Shown here one piece after another: positions 8,662-16,705 of a DNA stretch of 50,684 nt. The notes under the pieces were generated by a model. The model was not told the origin of the DNA, made no database searches, and saw only the letters and a program-made list of their open reading frames with translations. Position 1 is the stretch's first letter. The number at the start of each line of letters is the position of its first letter. The DNA comes from an uncultured Candidatus Saccharibacteria bacterium (GTDB taxonomy: Bacteria; Patescibacteriota; Minisyncoccia; UBA6257; Colwellbacteraceae): NCBI GenBank assembly GCA_964348915.1, contig CAYGEM010000002.1, positions 13,617-64,300 on the forward strand. The letters are read 5' to 3'. The translations under genes and the position numbers were made by a program.

Positions 8662-10521
8662 TCACTCTACGGTGACGCTCTTGGCCAGGTTCCTCGGCTT
8701 ATCCACATCACAGCCTCGAGCCACCGCCGCATAGTAGGCTATGAGCTGGAGCGGTATGGCGGCTAGAATCGGCGCCAGCAGCGGATCGGTCTTGGGTAGC
8801 CAGATGACCTCATCGGCGTGCTCGGCTATCTCCGGGTCGCCCTCGGTGGCCACGGCGATGACGTACCCTCCGCGGGCCTTGATAACCTGCACGTTGGAGA
8901 TGGTCTTGTTCCTCAAGTCGGGCTGGGTCGAGACGGCGATAACCGGGACGCCGTTGTCGATGAGGGCGAGCGTTCCGTGCTTGAGCTCGCCGGCCGCGAT
9001 GGCCTCGGCGTGGATGTAGGAGATCTCCTTCAGCTTGAGTTGCCCCTCCATGGCCACGGCTAGGTCCAGACCGCGCCCGATGTAGAAGACGTCATTCCAC
9101 TCGGCGAGGCGCCGGGCGACCGCCTTCACCTGCTCGGCCCGGTCGAGGACCCTCTTCGCCAGTTCCGGCAGGCGCCGGCACTCGTCGAGGATTTCGGCCG
9201 CTCGCTCGGCTCGCAGAGTTCCGCGGGCCACGCCGATGTGGCAAGCGAAGAGGACGAAGACCAAGAGTTGAACCGTGTAGGCCTTAGTTGAGGCCACGGC
9301 TATCTCGGGGCCGGCCCTGGTGTAGACCACCTCGTCGGCTTCACGGGCCACCGAGCTACCGACCACGTTGGTGATGGCTACGGTGCGAGCTCCCCGGTGG
9401 GCGGCTTCGCGCTGGGCCTCGAGAGTGTCCATAGTTTCGCCGGATTGGCTGACGACGATGAGTATGTCTCCCTTTCCGATGAGCGAATCACGGTAGCGGA
9501 ACTCGGAGGCGATGTCGGCCTCGACTGGCAGACGAGCCAGCCTCTCGATGAGATGCTTCCCGACCAGACCGGCGTGGAAGGCCGTGCCGCAGGCGGCGAT
9601 GAAGATCCTATCCAGGGCGACGACCTCCTCCGTGCCGAGGGCCCCTTTCTCGAACATGATCCCCGTTTCGGCCGGATTCCTGGGGCCTCCGGCCGGGAGA
9701 CGTCCGGCCAGGGTTTGCTGGAGGCAGATCGGCTGCTCGAAGATTTCCTTGAGCATAAAGTGCGGGAAGCCGTCCTTCTCGGCCGTCTCCACGTCCCACT
9801 CCACCTCGAGCATGGCCCTGTCGACATCCCAGGCCTCGCTGTCTGTGATCTGGATATTTGACCGTTCGATCACGGCCATGTCTCCGTCTTTAAGGACAAC
9901 GACTCGGCGAGTATGCCGGAGGATGGCCGGAATGTCGGAGGCGAGGAAGTTCTCTCCCTTGCCGAGGCCGATGATGAGCGGGTTACCCCTGTGTATGGCA
10001 ACTAGGTGGTCCGGCTCGTCGGCGTGAAGGACCAAGAAGGCGTAGTAACCTTTGAGGTCGGCCACCGCCCGCCGCACCGCCGCGACCAGGTCGCCGGCGT
10101 AGTACTCCTCGACCAGGTGCGGGATGACCTCCGAGTCGGTCTCCGAGCGAAAGCGGTGTCCGGCGGCCTCCAGACGCTGCCTCAGGATGAGGTAGTTCTC
10201 GATGACCCCGTTGTGGACGACGGCTATCTTGCCCTCGCAGTCGGCATGAGGATGGGAGTTGACGGTGGAGGCCTTGCCGTGGGTGGCCCATCGACAATGA
10301 CCGAGGCCCATGGTGCCTTGCGGAGTGTTCCTATCCTTAGGAAGATTTTTCACGAGGGCTTCTACAGGCCCTGTGGCTTTGAAGATTAGTAACTCCTTGC
10401 TTTCTTCGTCTAAAATGGCAACCCCGGTCGAGTCGTAGCCACGGTATTCGAGGCGTCTGAGGCCGTCCAGAATCACCGGCAGGGCCGGCTTGCGGCCGAT
10501 GTACCCGACTATCCCACACAT
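8662..10521 (-). CDS. glmS: Glutamine--fructose-6-phosphate aminotransferase (isomerizing) GlmS
   Basis: 619 aa. N-terminal MCGIVGY (catalytic Cys), two SIS domains, and C-terminal KPRNLAKSVTVE. Markedly more GC-rich than its neighbours. Confidence 0.95.
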   Translation of the reverse strand: MCGIVGYIGRKPALPVILDGLRRLEYRGYDSTGVAILDEESKELLIFKATGPVEALVKNLPKDRNTPQGTMGLGHCRWATHGKASTVNSHPHADCEGKIAVVHNGVIENYLILRQRLEAAGHRFRSETDSEVIPHLVEEYYAGDLVAAVRRAVADLKGYYAFLVLHADEPDHLVAIHRGNPLIIGLGKGENFLASDIPAILRHTRRVVVLKDGDMAVIERSNIQITDSEAWDVDRAMLEVEWDVETAEKDGFPHFMLKEIFEQPICLQQTLAGRLPAGGPRNPAETGIMFEKGALGTEEVVALDRIFIAACGTAFHAGLVGKHLIERLARLPVEADIASEFRYRDSLIGKGDILIVVSQSGETMDTLEAQREAAHRGARTVAITNVVGSSVAREADEVVYTRAGPEIAVASTKAYTVQLLVFVLFACHIGVARGTLRAERAAEILDECRRLPELAKRVLDRAEQVKAVARRLAEWNDVFYIGRGLDLAVAMEGQLKLKEISYIHAEAIAAGELKHGTLALIDNGVPVIAVSTQPDLRNKTISNVQVIKARGGYVIAVATEGDPEIAEHADEVIWLPKTDPLLAPILAAIPLQLIAYYAAVARGCDVDKPRNLAKSVTVE

Positions 10522-10578
10522 AGAATCACCCCCTATTTTTTAAAGGACTCTCCATACACTTATCGCGAAAGTTTTTAT

Positions 10579-10599
10579 CTGTCAATAGGAACTTGACAG
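10579..10599. promoter_or_regulatory. Perfect inverted repeat CTGTCAA-N7-TTGACAG in the glmS / trmB-like divergent intergenic region
   Basis: 10579-10585 CTGTCAA and 10593-10599 TTGACAG. Each arm also reads as a TTGACA -35 box pointing toward one of the two divergent genes. Confidence 0.5.
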
Positions 10600-10636
10600 C
10601 ATAAAGAGCTATGCTATCCTTTAATATAAAGAAAAT

Positions 10637-11374
10637 ATGAATATCGAACTTCTTAAGCGTTTGGGATTTTCTGACAAGATGGCCTTAGTTTATTTTGAGC
10701 TTTTGCGTCTCGGACCGTCATCGGTAAGGCAACTGGCTGACAGAAGTGACCTTAACCGGGGTAGTGTTTATGAAGCGTTAAAATGGCTCAAAGCAAAAGG
10801 ATTGGTTAATTTTTATGAGAAAGAGGCGAAACAATATTTTGTAAGCGAGGACCCCGTCAGGCTAATCGATTTGGCCCGTCAGCAGTCGGCCGAATTCAAG
10901 GAAACGGAAAAGAAAGTCGAGGCGGCGATACCGGAGCTTAAATCGATATACGATCGGGGCGGCGAAAGGCCGATTGCCCGTTATTTTGAATCGGATGAAA
11001 TCCGTAAAATTCTTGAGGATGTTTTGGATGTCTGCGCTGACAGCGAAGAAAAACTTTATCGGGTTTATTCAGCCGCGGGCATTCGGGAATATTTATACCG
11101 GGATTTCGCCGATTTCAGCGAAAAGAGGATAGCCCGCGGAATTAAGGTAAAAGTGATCGCGATGGGCGAAGGGGGAGAGTTGAGGGGGCTTGACGAAAGA
11201 AAGTGGCTGAATAACGCGATCGAGACGCCGACCTACATCATTATTTACTTCGGGAAAACCGCCTACATTTCCTTAAACGCGAAAGGAGAGGCCGTCGGAG
11301 TAGCTATAGATAACCGGGGCATTTTCGAAACGCAGAAAGGCATATTTGACAGTTTGTGGAAAACGCTAAAGTAA
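10637..11374 (+). CDS. TrmB-family winged-helix transcriptional regulator
   Basis: 245 aa. The N-terminal LGFSDKMALVYFELLRLGPSSVRQLADRSDLNRGSVYEALKWLKAKGLV is a typical TrmB HTH. Confidence 0.75.
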   Translation: MNIELLKRLGFSDKMALVYFELLRLGPSSVRQLADRSDLNRGSVYEALKWLKAKGLVNFYEKEAKQYFVSEDPVRLIDLARQQSAEFKETEKKVEAAIPELKSIYDRGGERPIARYFESDEIRKILEDVLDVCADSEEKLYRVYSAAGIREYLYRDFADFSEKRIARGIKVKVIAMGEGGELRGLDERKWLNNAIETPTYIIIYFGKTAYISLNAKGEAVGVAIDNRGIFETQKGIFDSLWKTLK

Positions 11375-11399
11375 TATCTGCAAATCAGGTCGGTGGAGA

Positions 11400-12263
11400 T
11401 TAGTCCGCGAAACGTCTTTGGGCAGCGAATTTGGCTAATTCTTCTAATTTTTTTACCATTTCCAAAGGCAATTTTTTAAGGATGCCTTCTCCTTCTTTTA
11501 TGGAAAGATTCTCGACCACACCTAATCCCCGATGATCTATCCGTCCTGTCCATTTAGAAACAAATATTACATCCCCCTCCTTTAGGGGGAGGACGATTTC
11601 TATCCTAGGATTTCCCTCGTCCACTATTATTCTTACTTTTCCAAAGATAACGTCTTCGTCATCTGCAAAAGGATTTATGGGGCTTGATTCGAGTTGTCCC
11701 TCTTGAGGACTAAAGTTTTCCTCTCCCCCCTCTTCTTTGGGGAGGTCCGCTTGAGGATCAAGGATTATTTCCGTCCTTTTAGCTTCGCCGCCGACAAGGT
11801 TTTTATTTTGTTTTAATATTTCTGTGATAAAATCCTTAGCTAAACTCTCAACCTTTTCGAGATTTTCGGGTGATAGTTTTTCCCCAAAATCAAAAAAGAT
11901 GTAGGGGAATTTCTCAAGAGAAAATTCTCCTCCTTTTATTTCTACTTTCCATCGAAGAGGGACTAAGCACCACTCTTCCCCTTTCTTCCAACGGGCAATA
12001 ACCATTACTGTCCCCTTATCTTTTCGGAAGTAAAGCCCTTCTTTATAAAAATGCTGAGGGTGTTTTTCTTTCGTTTCTCTGAAATTGCCTTTCCATATTC
12101 TTCTCTCCCCTCGTCTTATCTTTAATAATTTTGCCCACGCTTTTCGCATTAGTTCCCTTTCTCCAAGAAAAGAAGGGCCGAGCTCTCTAAGCTCAAAAGC
12201 TGTCTGTTCGTTTTTTTCCGGCTCCTTTGGCTTTGGGGATGGAGAGTATTCAGATCCGCCCAT
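11400..12263 (-). CDS. Hypothetical protein with an internal two-module duplication
   Basis: 287-aa ORF without recognisable motifs. The N- and C-terminal halves both end in L..E..K.E.LAK.F-like helices. Confidence 0.6.
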   Translation of the reverse strand: MGGSEYSPSPKPKEPEKNEQTAFELRELGPSFLGERELMRKAWAKLLKIRRGERRIWKGNFRETKEKHPQHFYKEGLYFRKDKGTVMVIARWKKGEEWCLVPLRWKVEIKGGEFSLEKFPYIFFDFGEKLSPENLEKVESLAKDFITEILKQNKNLVGGEAKRTEIILDPQADLPKEEGGEENFSPQEGQLESSPINPFADDEDVIFGKVRIIVDEGNPRIEIVLPLKEGDVIFVSKWTGRIDHRGLGVVENLSIKEGEGILKKLPLEMVKKLEELAKFAAQRRFAD

Positions 12264-12335
12264 ATTATTGAAATAATAAGTTATAATTTAAGGACAGGCA
12301 ATTTTTAATGAAAGGTCGCGCATATCAAGAAATCT

Positions 12336-12542
12336 ATGCTTAAAAACAACAATCACAATTTAATCCATCAGCTTTCCGAAATTTCAGACAGCGCTTGGAG
12401 GATGAATAAGTATATCGATGAGGCGAAGGAGTGCGAGGCCTGCCGGTCTCTCTGGTCGGGATTGCTTAGCGACTACGAGAAACACATAGCTCTGCTCAAG
12501 GAAGAAATGAGCAGGCACATTTCCGAAGGCAAGTTTGAATAA
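12336..12542 (+). CDS. Small hypothetical helical protein
   Basis: 68-aa ORF in an otherwise empty gap. Plausible composition, no motif recognised. Confidence 0.45.
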   Translation: MLKNNNHNLIHQLSEISDSAWRMNKYIDEAKECEACRSLWSGLLSDYEKHIALLKEEMSRHISEGKFE

Positions 12543-12570
12543 TTGAGAGAAGGGCGGTTTAATAATCCTA

Positions 12571-13926
12571 ATGAAAATAAAGTTCTGCGGAGGAACGGGT
12601 GGAGTAACCGGATCGAATTATCTGCTGGAGAGCGAAGGAGCGAAGATTTTAATTGATTGCGGGCTGTATCAAGGCGGTTCGGACGTCGAACGGCTTAATT
12701 TTGAGCCCTTTCCTTACAATCCGGAGGAAATAGACGCGATTTTTTTGACCCACGCGCATTTAGACCATATTGGCCGGTTGCCGGTCCTTTTCAAAAAAGG
12801 ATTCCAGGGAAGAATTATCTCAACGCCGCCGACCAAGGATTTGGGCCGGGAGATATTGCTTGATGCCGGACATCTTTTTTCCGAACGCGCCGAGAAAGAA
12901 AGGGCGCCGGTTCTTTTTGATGATAAGGATATTGAAAAAACGATGTCTGCCTGGGAGACGGCCAAATACCGTGAAAAAATAACAATAAAAGACGTTGAGG
13001 TGAAATTTCACGATGCCGGCCATATTTTGGGCTCCGCTTTTATCGTTCTGACTGTCGACGGCGAGCAGGTCGTTTTTTCCGGCGATCTGGGAAACGCCCC
13101 GGCGCCTTTGGTTAAGGATATCGAACCGCTTGGAGAAGCGGACTATCTGGTGATGGAATCAACCTATGGCGGCCGGTGGCACGAGGATGCGAAGAATCGA
13201 AAGAATTTGCTAGAAGACGTAATCGAAAATACAGCCCTTTCGGGAGGCACTCTTATGATTCCGGCTTTTGCCATGGAGCGAACCCAGGCCTTGCTTTCGG
13301 AGATCAATGATCTGGTCTCTGCCGGACGGATTCCGGAAATGCCGGTTTTCGTCGATAGCCCGTTGGCCATAAATCTCACCGCGGTTTATAAAAAATATCT
13401 GGGTGACCCGGATTATTTCGACGCGGAAACAATCAAGGCCTCGAAAGAAGGAAAAGAGTTTTTCAATCTGGCCGGGCTTAAATTCACGCCTACGACCGAA
13501 GAGTCCAAGGCAATCAATGCCGTTCCGGCGCCGAAAGTGATAATCGCCGGTTCGGGTATGTCGCAGGGAGGCAGGATTATCCACCACGAATACCGTTATC
13601 TCTCGGACCCCAAAAGTACCATCCTTTTTATCGGATTTCAGACGACCGGTTCGCGGGGAAGGCGGATTCTCGAAGGGGTGAAAGAAGTGGAGATTTTTCA
13701 CGAGAGTATCCCGATTCGTTGCCGGGTGGAGAGCATTACCGGCTATTCGGCGCACGCCGACCAGGCCGGTTTACTTAAATGGATTATGCTGGCGAGAAGG
13801 TCTCTCCGGCGGGTATTCTTGGTGCACGGCGAAGAAAACGAATTAAAAATTCTGGAGCAGAAGGTGAGAGACGAGCTGGCGATCGAAACGAAAATTCCGA
13901 TTTTGGGAGAAGAGGTGGTATTATAA
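12571..13926 (+). CDS. Metallo-beta-lactamase / beta-CASP family RNA-metabolising hydrolase
   Basis: 451 aa. HAHLDHIG (HxHxDH), a later DAGHILGS, and the C-terminal GYSAHADQ typical of beta-CASP nucleases. Confidence 0.85.
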   Translation: MKIKFCGGTGGVTGSNYLLESEGAKILIDCGLYQGGSDVERLNFEPFPYNPEEIDAIFLTHAHLDHIGRLPVLFKKGFQGRIISTPPTKDLGREILLDAGHLFSERAEKERAPVLFDDKDIEKTMSAWETAKYREKITIKDVEVKFHDAGHILGSAFIVLTVDGEQVVFSGDLGNAPAPLVKDIEPLGEADYLVMESTYGGRWHEDAKNRKNLLEDVIENTALSGGTLMIPAFAMERTQALLSEINDLVSAGRIPEMPVFVDSPLAINLTAVYKKYLGDPDYFDAETIKASKEGKEFFNLAGLKFTPTTEESKAINAVPAPKVIIAGSGMSQGGRIIHHEYRYLSDPKSTILFIGFQTTGSRGRRILEGVKEVEIFHESIPIRCRVESITGYSAHADQAGLLKWIMLARRSLRRVFLVHGEENELKILEQKVRDELAIETKIPILGEEVVL

Positions 13927-13930
13927 ACAA

Positions 13931-14512
13931 ATGACGGAAGATTTACTCAAGTATAAAATTTGCGTTTCCGGCGCTGCGGAAACTTCGCATTGCGGAGAGA
14001 GCGCCTACCGCATCGCTGAAGAATTAGGCAGGGAAATCGCGCGCCACGATGTCGTTCTTGTTGATGGCGCGACCACCGGATTTCCCTACTGGACTTCCAA
14101 GGGCGCCAAACTGGAGGGGGGGTTGGTCATCGGCGTTTCTCCGGCGGCGACGAAAAGAGAGCATATCCGCGATTATAAATTGCCGATCGATTACCACGAC
14201 GTGATTATGTATACCGGGCACGGCTATTCCGGCCGAAACCTGCTTTTGACCCGGATGAGCGACGCGGTCATCGTCGGTTGCGGACGGATGGGTACGTTGA
14301 ATGAATTTACCATCGCTTTCGAGGACAAAAAGCCCATCGGCATATTGCAGGGAGAATGGGAGACCGACGAGCTTTTCGATTTTGTCATTAAAGGCACTCT
14401 CCGCTTTGAAGAGATGAGAGACAAAATCGTCCGCAATACCGACCCCAAGAAATTGCTTGAAGAAGTGATAGCGGTCATCCAGAGAGAAGAAAGAAGAAAT
14501 CATATTATTTAA
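13931..14512 (+). CDS. LOG/SLOG-superfamily Rossmann protein (TIGR00725-like)
   Basis: 193 aa. ICVSGAA start, VDGATTGFPYWTSKGA...GGLVIGVSP, and GCGRMGTLNEF, as in TIGR00725/LOG-like proteins. Confidence 0.6.
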   Translation: MTEDLLKYKICVSGAAETSHCGESAYRIAEELGREIARHDVVLVDGATTGFPYWTSKGAKLEGGLVIGVSPAATKREHIRDYKLPIDYHDVIMYTGHGYSGRNLLLTRMSDAVIVGCGRMGTLNEFTIAFEDKKPIGILQGEWETDELFDFVIKGTLRFEEMRDKIVRNTDPKKLLEEVIAVIQREERRNHII

Positions 14513-14534
14513 AGGTCGATAAATTACTTTTTCG

Positions 14535-14792
14535 ATGAAAAAACAAGAGGAGCAACCTATCGGGGTAGTTATCCATTATTACGGTAAAATAGGCGTAGCG
14601 GTCATCAAGGCGCTTAAGCGTTTGTCCAAAGGCGACACTGTTCGTTTCCGCGGGTCGGACGAATTCGACCAGAGGATAGATTCGATCCAGATAGACCACC
14701 GGGAAGAACCGTTTATTCCGGCCGGCCGAGAAGGAGCCGTCAAAACTGAAAAGAAAGTTCGCGAAGGTGACGAAGTTTACGAAATTATATAA
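14535..14792 (+). CDS. Small beta-barrel protein (EF-Tu domain-2-like)
   Basis: 85 aa. IGVVIHYYGKIGVAVIKALKRLSKGDTVRF...GDEVYEI resembles translation-factor-like barrel proteins. Confidence 0.5.
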   Translation: MKKQEEQPIGVVIHYYGKIGVAVIKALKRLSKGDTVRFRGSDEFDQRIDSIQIDHREEPFIPAGREGAVKTEKKVREGDEVYEII

Positions 14793-15885
14793 AGAACTGC
14801 TAATCCCGGCGGCGCTCCTCTCCGCGCTCATCATCGGCGCCGGGATGTTTTCGTTGCCTTTTATTTTTAACCGCGCCGGAATCGTCACCGGCATTTTTTA
14901 TCTCGTGGCGCTGACTCTGGTTCTGGCCGCGGTCCATCTTATGTACGCGGAGATCATCGGAAGAACTCCCGGAGATCACCGTTTTGTCGGCTACACCAAA
15001 ATACATTTAGGCAAAGCCGGATTTATTCTTTCCATTTTTACCGCCATTTTTACGATTATCCTGGTTTTGCTGATTTATCTCGTGCTCGCTCCCAGCTTTT
15101 TCCGGCTGATTTTTCCGGGCATGGTTCCTCTTACGGGAGTTTTACTTTTTTGGCTGGTCGGGACAATGGCGGTTCTTGCCGGAGTCAAAAAAATGGCCGG
15201 CTTGGAATCCGGAATAGTCGTCGTTATCATTTTGTTCGTCCTCGCCCTGTTTTTTTCCGGAATAACTTCGCCGGATTTTAATCCGGCTCTTCTTCCTCAA
15301 TATAATCCTTGCTTTATTTTTTTGCCTTTCGGGGCGGTGCTTTTTTCCTTGGGAGGAAGAGCGGCCATCTCTTCCATCCGGGAATATTTCCGGAAGGAGA
15401 AAATAAGCGAAAAGAGATTTCCGGCGGCGATTATTCTCGGAACAGCTCTGCCGGCGGTCGTCTATCTCCTTTTCGTTATCGGGATAATTTCTTTTTCCAA
15501 GGGTATGGTGACGGAGGACGCTATCTCCGGAATTGTTTTTTCGCCGTTTCTGCTTAAAATTTTTGGCGTTGTCGGCCTGCTTACCCTGTGGACTTCTTAC
15601 GTGTTTCTGGGTTTGGAATTGCGCGGGATATTTCGTCTTGATTTCAAGATTAAAAAAATCGCGGCCGATTCCGCGGTGGTTTTTCTGCCCCTGGCGATTT
15701 ATCTAGCCGGGGCGTCGGACTTTATCGTCTTGGTTGGCGTGGCCGGAGGGATTTTCTCCGGTCTGGAAAGCGTTTTGGTAGTTTCGATGTGGCAGAAACT
15801 AAAAAAACGGTTATCCCCGGCTTTTCTTCTTATTCCGGTATTTCTGGCCGGAGCGGTTTACGAAGCGATAAAACATTTGTCATAA
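14767..15885 (+). CDS. Amino-acid permease-like polytopic membrane protein
   Basis: 372 aa, about 10-11 hydrophobic spans. N-terminal LSALIIGAGMFSLPF resembles aromatic/hydroxy amino-acid permeases. GTG start overlaps the preceding ORF. Confidence 0.6.
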   Translation: MTKFTKLYKELLIPAALLSALIIGAGMFSLPFIFNRAGIVTGIFYLVALTLVLAAVHLMYAEIIGRTPGDHRFVGYTKIHLGKAGFILSIFTAIFTIILVLLIYLVLAPSFFRLIFPGMVPLTGVLLFWLVGTMAVLAGVKKMAGLESGIVVVIILFVLALFFSGITSPDFNPALLPQYNPCFIFLPFGAVLFSLGGRAAISSIREYFRKEKISEKRFPAAIILGTALPAVVYLLFVIGIISFSKGMVTEDAISGIVFSPFLLKIFGVVGLLTLWTSYVFLGLELRGIFRLDFKIKKIAADSAVVFLPLAIYLAGASDFIVLVGVAGGIFSGLESVLVVSMWQKLKKRLSPAFLLIPVFLAGAVYEAIKHLS

Positions 15886-15894
15886 TAAAGGCGC

Positions 15895-15966
15895 GCCTCG
15901 GTAGTTCAACGGATAGAACGCAGGCCTCCGAAGCCTGAAATGAAGGTTCGATTCCCTCCCGAGGCA
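15895..15966 (+). tRNA. tRNA-Arg (anticodon CCG)
   Basis: Hand fold. Acceptor GCCTCGG/CCGAGGC, D arm GTTC..GAAC, anticodon stem CAGGC/GCCTG with loop CTCCGAA, T loop TTCGATT. One A:C mismatch in the T stem. CCA not encoded. Confidence 0.85.
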
Positions 15967-15972
15967 TAAAAT

Positions 15973-16656
15973 TTATTCTTCCCGTTCGTTTATCTGTGGC
16001 GGGATATATTGGTGGGTGTCAATGAAATTTTGGCACCAGTCGCGAAAATCTTCGGACCAGATTAAATCGAGCCCTTTTATTTCTTCGGCGGTTTTATCCA
16101 AAGCCGGGCAAGCGGTTTCCAAAATCTGTTTGCAGATTTTTTCGTGAGCTTTTGTATGCCACTGTTCGATGGCAAAAAAGATATATTCCAGATTCTCCAA
16201 GGCCTCGAAGATTTTCGCCTCTTTTTCCCGGTTCTCCTTAAGCTCACGGAGGATTTCTCTCTCTTCCTCTTCGAAGACAGAATGGTCGGACAAAGAGAAC
16301 TGGAGCAGGAAGGGCCTTTTTAATTCATCAAATATCTCCGGTTTGACACAGGAAAAAACGCGCTTGAAATTTTCATATTCTTCGCGATTCTGGGATTTTC
16401 TGCGCAAGACATAAGGGACATCTCTACCTTGCCCGCATTCGCCGATATCATGAAGCAGGGCGGTATCTTTAATAAGTTCGGCGTCGAGGGAAGGGTGAAA
16501 GGGTTTGAGCAAACAAGTGACCACGTTAGTCAATACAGCGAGGGAAAAAGAATGCTCCAAACTGTCCTGCTCTCTTATATTTTCGAATGAAACCCAACGA
16601 ATGGTTTTTCCGAGGCCGGGGATTTCACAAAAAAGCCGGTGAAGTTTCTCCCACAT
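15973..16656 (-). CDS. HD-domain phosphohydrolase
   Basis: 227 aa. EHSFSLAV...LLHDIGE metal-binding HD signature. Confidence 0.7.
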   Translation of the reverse strand: MWEKLHRLFCEIPGLGKTIRWVSFENIREQDSLEHSFSLAVLTNVVTCLLKPFHPSLDAELIKDTALLHDIGECGQGRDVPYVLRRKSQNREEYENFKRVFSCVKPEIFDELKRPFLLQFSLSDHSVFEEEEREILRELKENREKEAKIFEALENLEYIFFAIEQWHTKAHEKICKQILETACPALDKTAEEIKGLDLIWSEDFRDWCQNFIDTHQYIPPQINEREE

Positions 16657-16705
16657 ACGATAATGATATGGCGTTTATTCGCCGGATACCACTATAATTA
16701 GTTAA

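Noticed and set aside
9378-10389. Cluster of long ORFs on both strands inside glmS (for example 9378..9827, 9397..9861, 9512..10027, 9983..10297, 10006..10389)
   Set aside because: They overlap a full-length GlmS with clear motifs. Their translations are Arg/Gly/Pro-rich and low in complexity. Stop-poor alternative frames are expected in sequence of about 60% GC.
10522-10636. Possible glmS ribozyme upstream of glmS
   Set aside because: Only 115 nt are available, most of it promoter-like AT-rich sequence. I could not find the conserved glmS ribozyme core, and the SD lies immediately after a TTGACA-type promoter.
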